Shown here piece by piece: positions 9,543-17,177 of a stretch of 37,261 nucleotides of DNA. Under the pieces are notes generated by a model, which worked only from the letters and a program-made list of their open reading frames with translations, did no database searches and was not told where the DNA came from. The translations under genes and the position numbers were made by a program. This stretch comes from Candidatus Hodarchaeota archaeon (GTDB lineage Archaea > Asgardarchaeota > Heimdallarchaeia > Hodarchaeales > Hodarchaeaceae). The stretch is from contig JAEOTQ010000063.1 of NCBI GenBank assembly GCA_016839785.1, positions 1 to 37,261 on the forward strand, read 5' to 3'. Positions within the stretch are counted from its first letter, which is position 1. Each line of letters starts with the position of its first letter.

Positions 9543-10607
9543 CTATGAGTGAGTAGGATTTCGAATAAATGCAGAAATCAATTGAACTGTATGGTAAATG
9601 TCATGCAATGATAATAAGGATGTTGGTGAGTGGATATATCTACATGGTACAGAAACAACTGAGGACGGGATACCTGCTCGAGATTTATGAATAATTCCAG
9701 CATTAGTCCTTCCAAAAATCGGCTTTTTCATATGGTAAGGGATTTTTTCATGTTCTGCATTCTGAATAAGCCGATTATTTACCTTAGGATGAGCAATCAT
9801 GGATCGATCTGCAATTGAGATCGCTGGGCCTTGACCAATATAAGCTGGACATTCTGCATCACGAATACCTGGTACATCAGCCGCAGTGGTGTTTTCAAGC
9901 GCTACAGCCATTGTGGGATCCAATGCAAAAGCAGCTGCTCCTGCTCCTCTACCTCCCACTTCCTCTCCCATGGTAAAGCTATAGAGAAGTGTATCCTCGT
10001 GGCTTATTTTAGAAAATTCTTTTATGATCTGAATCAGTACATTCACTCCTGTTCTGTCGTCAAATGCCTTACCTCTGATCATATCATTAGGAAATTCGAC
10101 AAATGGATCATAAAGAGTGCCTACAGAACCAATGTGAATTCCAGCTTGGGTGATCTGTTCCGAAGTCATACCTGTATCGATGTACATATCTGAAACTTTA
10201 ACTGCGGTCTGTCGTTCCTTTTGTGTAGTTAAATGAGGAGGTTTAGATCCTGTTATCCCATCATATACTTTACTATTTTTTCCAAGAATTTTCACAGATT
10301 GTCCAAGTAATATACGATTATCCCATCCACCAATAGGTACAAAGCGTAAGAATCCTTTAGGTTCAATGTAACTGATCATAAAACCGATTTCATCAATATG
10401 GGCATCTAAAAGAATTTTCTCTGAAGAGTTTTCTCCCGCTTTTACAGCCAATAATGAGCCAAGAGGATCAATCCACATTTTATCAACCAAATTTTCTATT
10501 TGGGTTTTTATATATTCAACAACAGGTGCTTCAAATCCTGAAACGCCAATAAGTTCAGATAATTCACGTTGGGTTTGTTTTAAGGAATTTAAGTCAAATT
10601 TAACCAT
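9543..10607 (-). CDS. M42 (TET-like) metallo-aminopeptidase
   Basis: GVSGFE, AHIDEIG, KAFDDR, EEVG.RGA, PCRYIHS metal-ligand motifs. Confidence 0.93.
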   Translation of the reverse strand: MVKFDLNSLKQTQRELSELIGVSGFEAPVVEYIKTQIENLVDKMWIDPLGSLLAVKAGENSSEKILLDAHIDEIGFMISYIEPKGFLRFVPIGGWDNRILLGQSVKILGKNSKVYDGITGSKPPHLTTQKERQTAVKVSDMYIDTGMTSEQITQAGIHIGSVGTLYDPFVEFPNDMIRGKAFDDRTGVNVLIQIIKEFSKISHEDTLLYSFTMGEEVGGRGAGAAAFALDPTMAVALENTTAADVPGIRDAECPAYIGQGPAISIADRSMIAHPKVNNRLIQNAEHEKIPYHMKKPIFGRTNAGIIHKSRAGIPSSVVSVPCRYIHSPTSLLSLHDIYHTVQLISAFIRNPTHS

Positions 10608-10638
10608 AGTAACACCTAAATGGATCTTCTGATTAGGT

Positions 10639-10658
10639 CTCCCTTCTATTAAAGGGAG
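10639..10658. other. Short intergenic hairpin, possible terminator or regulatory element
   Basis: ctccctt-ctatta-aagggag: 7-bp arms with a 6-nt loop between two minus-strand genes. Confidence 0.3.
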
Positions 10659-10730
10659 TAAGACAATACAGAAACAACTAAACCTTTTTTTTGTAAGTAT
10701 TACTAGGAGGAAAAAAGTGAGAATGTCAAG

Positions 10731-11207
10731 TTACCAATCTTTAAGTACATAAGAAGCATCCCATCCTTTGGCTTTCTGCTTTACCTTTCCCTTTAGGGTT
10801 ATCAGTTTAAGAATGTTTAAGTAATTCGTAATTTCTTCCACAGAAAGGTCAGATAATTTCTTATCAAGTTCCTGTATGCTTTTTGCCCCGTCAGAGAGTT
10901 CTTCAAGAATTAATGTTACATCAGAAATTAATGCAAAACGATAGGGTTTTTCTGTTTCTGGTTTTCCTTTGGGTTCAAGGAACCATTTCTCATCATCAGA
11001 AATAACTTTACCGTAGGAGTGAAGAAAGGTTAAAAATCCTAATGAGTAATAAGTATCACTAATACACAGGTCAGTCCCTGGAGAGATCTCATATGGGGTT
11101 TGTTCTTCATCTCGACCTAGATATTCTAATTTATCGAGTACTTGAGGAAAAGTTTTGAATGGAAATTCACTAAACGGTGCTTGTGAAAAAAAAGACAAAT
11201 CTGACAT
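10731..11207 (-). CDS. Hypothetical protein, probable (tandem) winged-helix DNA-binding protein
   Basis: ILEELSDGAKSIQELDKKL...EITNYLNILK...KGKV...Y resembles a wHTH; a similar pattern occurs in the N-terminal half. Confidence 0.55.
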   Translation of the reverse strand: MSDLSFFSQAPFSEFPFKTFPQVLDKLEYLGRDEEQTPYEISPGTDLCISDTYYSLGFLTFLHSYGKVISDDEKWFLEPKGKPETEKPYRFALISDVTLILEELSDGAKSIQELDKKLSDLSVEEITNYLNILKLITLKGKVKQKAKGWDASYVLKDW

Positions 11208-11337
11208 CTGAACACACTCATAGTTCTACAGAAGTATGATATAAAATCCTTTAGCTAATTTTAATTCCGATTTTAGAACAATTGACGACATTTCTTGAGG
11301 TTTTTGTATACGATTTCCAAAAATTTTTTCATCAAGA

Positions 11338-12120
11338 TTAAGAATATTTGTCATTTTTTCTTCTTTTTCTTACTAGATATATACAAAACAATATTAGAGA
11401 CAGTGGAAAAGGAGAAATCTCGAATCCAGGGATAAGACCAGGTGTTTCATTGGTCAATTCCATTTCTCTTAAGAGATGTGTGTCATTTGTATCTCTCTGG
11501 TAAATTGAACTAAGCCACCCCGTCCTCCAATTTAGTTTCGTAACATAAGCAAAAGTCCTATCCTTCCATGTCTCTATGGTACGAGTAACCATTAAATTCC
11601 CTTCAATTGAGACATTTTGGCCAGTATTAGAAATTTTCTCTGCGTATTCCTCCCAATATGTTCTGTTATCAACTGTTGGCATAACGAATAAACCAGCACC
11701 CTCAGAAGGTTCAAGATTTATTCCGTTAATAGTCATCTGGATAGTGGGATTTTCATTGATAGCTAATATTTCACAGAGAAGTGTCGATCCTTTTCTTATG
11801 ACCACTTCTATCTCCGAACCATTCTCGGATATGAATAGGCCTGTCTGGGTATACGGATTACCGTCTTCATCACCATCGTCGATATCAAACAATTTCGTAA
11901 ATGTGTATTGCTTTATCTCCCCAACAGTTACTTTCCATTCAAGATCTGAATCGAAAATTGGTCCTATCGGATCAACTTGGGTTGTAACAACAGTTGTCAT
12001 CGGTTCTTGGGTTGTAACAACAGTTGTCATCGTTTCTTGACCATTTGATATTATTAAAATACTGGAAACTGTCAATAATAACATTACACAACAAGTAAGG
12101 TTTAAAGATCTCTTTTTCAC
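11338..12120 (-). CDS. Exported surface protein with PGF-CTERM-like C-terminal sorting signal
   Basis: Basic/hydrophobic signal peptide, Thr-rich repeat linker, C-terminal IPGFE + hydrophobic helix + RKRRK. Confidence 0.75.
   Translation of the reverse strand: MKKRSLNLTCCVMLLLTVSSILIISNGQETMTTVVTTQEPMTTVVTTQVDPIGPIFDSDLEWKVTVGEIKQYTFTKLFDIDDGDEDGNPYTQTGLFISENGSEIEVVIRKGSTLLCEILAINENPTIQMTINGINLEPSEGAGLFVMPTVDNRTYWEEYAEKISNTGQNVSIEGNLMVTRTIETWKDRTFAYVTKLNWRTGWLSSIYQRDTNDTHLLREMELTNETPGLIPGFEISPFPLSLILFCIYLVRKRRKNDKYS
11976..12039. repeat. In-frame 30-bp tandem duplication (about 2.1 copies)
   Basis: cttgggttgtaacaacagttgtcatcggtt / cttgggttgtaacaacagttgtcatcgttt / cttg; one mismatch; encodes QETMTTVVTT-QEPMTTVVTT-Q. 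Confidence 0.95.
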
Positions 12121-12252
12121 CTTTATCTCTCCTTTTCAGAATGAATTTCTCTTTAAGGTGTTTATGGGATTTTGTAGGAGTTGATGAATAAAAAGTTATC
12201 CAAGCTCCCGTTTAGATGATATTCTAGAAAAAAACAATTAGGTTTACTTCGA

Positions 12253-13023
12253 TTAATGAGGAATAATTTCTTTAATCTGCTTCACAGTTTCCGACACATT
12301 TACCACAAGGTCTTCAAGTCCATATGAAGGATGACCATCAACTGCAAGCAATAGTCCCTCACTGATTTTATATGCAACCAGATGAGTTGACTCTGAGGCT
12401 ACAACTAGATACCGCAGATTGGTCATATATGTGCCAACATTCAAAATTCGGATTGCAGCAGCCATGCGAGGTTGGTCCATCTTGTATTCAAGGAGGATAT
12501 CTCCAGTGAAGGATAAGATCATCGCACCCCGTGCACCTGTCTCTTCCTTGGATACTAATTTCTTTAAATAGAATAAGGCGGCATTTTTTGACGATTTAAG
12601 CATCTGGCGGGTCTCTCCGCCAAATATTTCATCGACTGAGTCCTCGAATTCAACAAACATATCTGTATCTACAATGTCTATGGTGTCTAGCTTAGCTCCA
12701 TAATCCGAAAAGAATAGACTTGCGATAGTTGATAATTTAAATTGGATATCAAGGGGAGAAACCAGAGGAGAGACTAAAACAGCAAAAATCAGACCGTTTT
12801 TTTCTATGAATGAAAACCGAATATCCGTCATATCTACCACTCTGAGATCACTGAGGGAGGAGGTTTTAGCAAAAGAGAACATGGCGGTTAGAAATGCAAC
12901 GACAAGGTGAGCATCAGGGGCTGTCGAACTCCGTTCATAGGAACGTGTGAACAAAGTGGTTCCTTGATCTTTCTCAAAGATGAAAAATGCTTTTACAGCT
13001 TTAAATTCAGTTAAGGGAGACAT
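12253..13023 (-). CDS. Longin-domain + roadblock-like-domain protein
   Basis: N-terminal FFIFEKDQGTTLFTRSY...LVVAFLTAMFSFA...LRVVDM..IRFSF...LIFAVLV fits longin topology (bb-a-bbb-aa). C-terminal LKKLV...GARGAMILSFTGDILL...LRYLVV...HLVAY....LLLAV...helix fits roadblock topology. Confidence 0.72.
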   Translation of the reverse strand: MSPLTEFKAVKAFFIFEKDQGTTLFTRSYERSSTAPDAHLVVAFLTAMFSFAKTSSLSDLRVVDMTDIRFSFIEKNGLIFAVLVSPLVSPLDIQFKLSTIASLFFSDYGAKLDTIDIVDTDMFVEFEDSVDEIFGGETRQMLKSSKNAALFYLKKLVSKEETGARGAMILSFTGDILLEYKMDQPRMAAAIRILNVGTYMTNLRYLVVASESTHLVAYKISEGLLLAVDGHPSYGLEDLVVNVSETVKQIKEIIPH

Positions 13024-13032
13024 TTTTTCACA

Positions 13033-13611
13033 TCACAGGAACTTCTTTGGTTTGACATGGAGGATTTCAGTGGTTAATTTCTGGAAAGCTCTGTTGACAT
13101 TCCGTCCAGTTTTAGCAGAAGTCTCAATGAATTCGATAACATGCATGCTATCGATTATCTGCTTTAACTGTGACTTGGAAATAGCTCTTTCTTTAGTTAA
13201 ATCGGCCTTATTTCCAATAAGGATCCCCAAATGATTAGGTGAGGCTTTAAGGGCTTGAAGTTGCCAGCGGTTCTGAATCTGTATTAGAGTTTCTTTCCTT
13301 GTTAGATCGAAAACATACAATGCGCCCAAGGCACCTTTAAGATAGAGATGAGAGTAAGATACATGCCTCGCTTGTCCAGCTATGTCCCAAACTTGTAAGG
13401 AAACGGTTCGTTTGACATCATCTTCGTCAATAAAGGTTATTGTTTTTGTTAGAAAATCGACTCCCAAACTGACTGAATACTCATCCTTAAATTTATTTTC
13501 GATAAATCTTAGAATTAGTGAAGTCTTTCCGACCGCTCCGTCCCCCAGTAGCAGTATCTTCAATACATGCTTGATTTCTTTTTTCGTCATTCTTTTCCTT
13601 CCGAAAATCAC
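13033..13611 (-). CDS. Rab-like (Ras superfamily) small GTPase
   Basis: G1 GDGAVGKTS, switch I SLGVDF, G3 WDIAGQ, YLKGA, VFDLT, G4 NKAD, G5 ETSAK; no C-terminal Cys prenylation motif. Confidence 0.95.
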   Translation of the reverse strand: MIFGRKRMTKKEIKHVLKILLLGDGAVGKTSLILRFIENKFKDEYSVSLGVDFLTKTITFIDEDDVKRTVSLQVWDIAGQARHVSYSHLYLKGALGALYVFDLTRKETLIQIQNRWQLQALKASPNHLGILIGNKADLTKERAISKSQLKQIIDSMHVIEFIETSAKTGRNVNRAFQKLTTEILHVKPKKFL

Positions 13612-13868
13612 TACTTCTTTCTAATTATATTTGATAAGTATACTTGTTTGGAGCTAAAGTGGGATATATGTATTTTTTACCCCTCTTTTGATGTCACTAA
13701 GTTTGTGAAATCGTATGATGATTGTTTTCACTTCTCTCTGATAAATTATTTCAAATATAAGGTAACTGTAATAAATACCATTTCGAGTTGTTAACAGAAA
13801 GACATCGATTCATAAGAAGTTATGAAATCTGCATCTCTTTAATAAAAGAACATGGAGAAGTTATTGGA

Positions 13869-14108
13869 ATGGACAACCTGGATACCTCTGGAACAGAAAA
13901 ATGGATAGAGGTTGTTTTACGGGAGCTCCATGAGGCTAGCACAGTTGAAATAGTAAATCGGGTAAGTATTTTTAATCAGGACTGTGCTGATAGAATACCA
14001 ATGGTTTTAACTCAAATGCGGATGGAAGGAAAGATATCGTATAGAGTTGTTCAAGCGAAAGAGGGAAAGCGGAAAAATATCGTGTGGCGTCTTGAACCAT
14101 CTAAATAG
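13869..14108 (+). CDS. Small hypothetical protein, probable winged-helix
   Basis: ATG 13869 preceded by GGAG; helix-helix-helix then LTQMRMEGKISYRV...VWRL wing pattern. The ORF track extends it to 13788. Confidence 0.55.
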   Translation: MDNLDTSGTEKWIEVVLRELHEASTVEIVNRVSIFNQDCADRIPMVLTQMRMEGKISYRVVQAKEGKRKNIVWRLEPSK

Positions 14109-14124
14109 GATTATTCATAAGAAT

Positions 14125-15828
14125 TTAGATTTTAATGGTTTGCCCTTCTAGTGGAATCACAAGACCTTTTTGTCCAGTCAATGTACTTATATTAGAAACC
14201 ATTTCAGCTCCAAGGTGGATTACCGCCGTTTTTTCTGCTAATTGGTATACTTGGAGTACTTCTTGCCAGTTCAAATGTGTTTCAAATTGACTTTGGTAGA
14301 AATTACATTCCAATATTGCTAAATTCGCATCGGATATTAATGGAACCAAGTTTTCTGTCCATCCAGTATCACCTGTGTACGCAATGATAGTCGATTGAGT
14401 TTTTAATCTATACCCTTGTGCCTCTGGAGTATGATTCATGGAAAAAGCTTTGATAATTATTTCTTCTTCTACAAAAGGTCGATCAGGTGTGATTTCCTTG
14501 TATACAATTGGGAATGGACGTTCTTTGGCCGCCTCTCGTTCATATAATATCGTGAAAAGTTCATTCACTATATTTTCAATCCCAGGTGGACCGAGTATTG
14601 TCAAGGGTTTAGTTCTCTGATGCTGAAAAGTTGATTCCAGAAGGAAATATGGAATTCCTCCGAAATGATCCCCATGAAAGTGGGTAATCACAATCCAATC
14701 GACTTCAGTAGTCTCTCGACCAGTTGCTTTTAGTGCCTGAAGCGTATGAGGGCCACAATCCAGCAAAATATTTCTATCCTGAAGTTCGACTAGAATGGAC
14801 GCACTTTTAAAGCCACCTGACCCAAATGCATCTCCTCTTCCTAAGAAAATTACTTTTGTATTAAGTTCCTTGGTAGGCAGAACTCTAGTTCCTACTGACT
14901 CTCCTCGTAAAGCTTTATCAAACTCTTCGAATCCAATAACCCAACTAGTAATATTCTGATGAGCAAGATCTATCAGATTTCTCAATTTTCCCTCCATTGC
15001 ATCCGTTACGTCATATTTTGATGCAATTGCATCCTTTTGAAAATTGATTTCATTGTTGTCAGAATTAAAATATTGATTTGATCGTGACCCAACCTCGATT
15101 CGTGTAATTAGTTCAGAATCGGCTAGAATTGGATCTTTAGAATAAATTCCAGTCATTTTTCCCTCTACTTGAGTTAGAAAGATCGCTTTATCAATTTGTA
15201 GTTTTTTAAAACTTCGAACAAGTGCATTCGGTACCAAATCGCCAGAAAAGACTTTCCACTCTCCTAATAGACCCGTATTTGTACCCTGAGTAAGGCCTAC
15301 ATCCCCAAAGAAAACAGGAACAGAATCTGTATTAATTATGATTGTTTCTAATGTTGATAAATCAGTTGCATCCATTCGGGGAGAGGAAGTTTTATCGGTA
15401 GGATATCCAAGCATGATTTGATGAGAGGAAAGCGAGATAGCATTGATACCATGTTGAATACCTAATCCTGTTATTAACTGGTTCTGGATGGAAACTGCAA
15501 GTTTGATAATAGGATAGACATTTTCAAGATCCGTTTCTGTTTTCAAGAGATGATAGACAAGGGAATGGCCAATTGAACCAGCTCCATGGATTATGACGAC
15601 TTTAGATAAAGGATTACTTTTTATATAAATGTTGAGAGTACGAAAAATCTCTTTAAGAGTACTTGTATTCAAGAGATTAGATATTGTCGTAGTTAAATCT
15701 TCCAATGAGGCTGCTCCACATCGAAAACGATCTACAATCAATAAATATTCGTTAATTTTATGTTCATCTTGTTTATATGTAATTAAGCTTCCCCCTAACT
15801 TAACAAGTATTGTTTTATTTTGATTCAC
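14125..15828 (-). CDS. Fusion of an isopentenyl-phosphate-kinase-like (amino acid kinase family) domain and an RNase Z/PhnP-like metallo-beta-lactamase domain
   Basis: N-terminal KLGGSLITYK, HGAGSIGH, PVFFGDV, SGD, DVTDAMEGKL. C-terminal FLGRGDAFGSGG, LLDCG, THFHGDH, NHTPE, YTGDT, LECNF, IHL. One uninterrupted frame. Confidence 0.85.
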   Translation of the reverse strand: MNQNKTILVKLGGSLITYKQDEHKINEYLLIVDRFRCGAASLEDLTTTISNLLNTSTLKEIFRTLNIYIKSNPLSKVVIIHGAGSIGHSLVYHLLKTETDLENVYPIIKLAVSIQNQLITGLGIQHGINAISLSSHQIMLGYPTDKTSSPRMDATDLSTLETIIINTDSVPVFFGDVGLTQGTNTGLLGEWKVFSGDLVPNALVRSFKKLQIDKAIFLTQVEGKMTGIYSKDPILADSELITRIEVGSRSNQYFNSDNNEINFQKDAIASKYDVTDAMEGKLRNLIDLAHQNITSWVIGFEEFDKALRGESVGTRVLPTKELNTKVIFLGRGDAFGSGGFKSASILVELQDRNILLDCGPHTLQALKATGRETTEVDWIVITHFHGDHFGGIPYFLLESTFQHQRTKPLTILGPPGIENIVNELFTILYEREAAKERPFPIVYKEITPDRPFVEEEIIIKAFSMNHTPEAQGYRLKTQSTIIAYTGDTGWTENLVPLISDANLAILECNFYQSQFETHLNWQEVLQVYQLAEKTAVIHLGAEMVSNISTLTGQKGLVIPLEGQTIKI

Positions 15829-15895
15829 AATAAGTCCACACAGGTAATCTGGTATACCAACTTTATATTTTAATTGATCAGCGTAGATAGTTTTA

Positions 15896-16945
15896 TCAAG
15901 TCAAAGAATCGAAAATAACTGCTTCTAAGAGATTTATCGAATGTAGAACATCAGATAAATTGATCGTTTCGAAGTTTGTATGAGTGTACCTACAAGGGAC
16001 TGAAACAGTAATTGTAGGATGCCCATTCATAAAGAAATACATACCATCTGTATTGTAATTCTTAAATACTGCTTTTTGGAACGGAATTTTATCATTTATT
16101 GCTTGATTTTCTATCGTTGAAAAAAGTGAATGAGAATAGTGAACGGAAAAGTCCTTCACAACGAGGATTGGTCCAGAACCAAGTTTCGTTGATAGAAAAT
16201 CTTTTTCTGAAGGTGGAATATCTCCAGTTAGTCCTACATCAATATTGATAACAGCATCAAATTCTCCATTGCGAGCGGCTGCAGCTGCGCCTTTCATTCC
16301 AATCTCCTCTTGAACAGTGGAAATCAAGGTAAGATTAGGGTGAATCTTTTTCTTCATAATTCTTTCAGCAAGAACGGTTTGAATTGTCGATCCTACGCGA
16401 TTATCCATAGATGGACCAACAATATTATTTTGAATCTGTTGCACGGAAGAATGGAATACAGCTGACGAACCAATATCGATTCCTAAGTCAAGTACATCTT
16501 TAATTGAGTCTACTCCGATGTCTACGAACATATCATCAAATAAAACAGGTTCTTTCTTCCCCTCAATGCCTGCAAGATGGCCACTTCTTAATCCGAAGTA
16601 ACCCAAGGTTTTATTTGTGTTTTTTGTAAGAAATTGAAGAGTAGATCCAGCAAGAAATCTCGCATCTGGAGTCGTAGCTGCAGTGTTAAATGCCATTTTT
16701 AAAAAACCATTCGATAAAATCTGCTGTACAATAAATCCAATCGTATCTGCATGGGATACAATTGCCCAATGAGGGCCACTTCCACTTATACGTCCATACA
16801 GATTTCCAATCTTATCTATTTCAGTTTTAAAATTCAGATTTTCCCATTTATCGGCTAAAAAATTTTGTACTGCGTCTTCTCGTCCAACAGGCGCTGGAAT
16901 ATCCACAAGTTCAGAGAGTAGGTTTAAAATATCCTTTGTTGTCAA
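15896..16945 (-). CDS. Second M42 (TET-like) metallo-aminopeptidase
   Basis: APVGRE, SHADTIG, SMDNR, QEEIGMKGA, IDVG, TDG, PCRYTH. Confidence 0.9.
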   Translation of the reverse strand: MTTKDILNLLSELVDIPAPVGREDAVQNFLADKWENLNFKTEIDKIGNLYGRISGSGPHWAIVSHADTIGFIVQQILSNGFLKMAFNTAATTPDARFLAGSTLQFLTKNTNKTLGYFGLRSGHLAGIEGKKEPVLFDDMFVDIGVDSIKDVLDLGIDIGSSAVFHSSVQQIQNNIVGPSMDNRVGSTIQTVLAERIMKKKIHPNLTLISTVQEEIGMKGAAAAARNGEFDAVINIDVGLTGDIPPSEKDFLSTKLGSGPILVVKDFSVHYSHSLFSTIENQAINDKIPFQKAVFKNYNTDGMYFFMNGHPTITVSVPCRYTHTNFETINLSDVLHSINLLEAVIFDSLT

Positions 16946-17177
16946 TTTTTTAAGCTTCCATTCGATAATCTACATCAACTACAATTTTTCCCAGAAGAAT
17001 TTCGTCACGGTAGAACCTTTTAAGGTTTATTTGTGTTCTTGTTATATTGTGGTAAACCTGAATAAAGAATTTAATCTCTTTACCCTACTTTGAGATTCAT
17101 AGCAAAAACGTAGAATTCCAGCCCAGAGGTTGAGATTCACCCCCTAAATTAATCGAACTTCCCAGGATATGATTTAA

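Noticed and set aside
11976-12039. 30-bp repeat as a mini CRISPR array
   Set aside because: Copies are directly adjacent with no spacers, in frame within a CDS, and there are no cas genes.
13033-13611. Assignment to a specific eukaryotic Rab, or eukaryotic contamination
   Set aside because: No prenylation motif, divergent RabF motifs, no introns, and it is embedded among operon-like archaeal genes.
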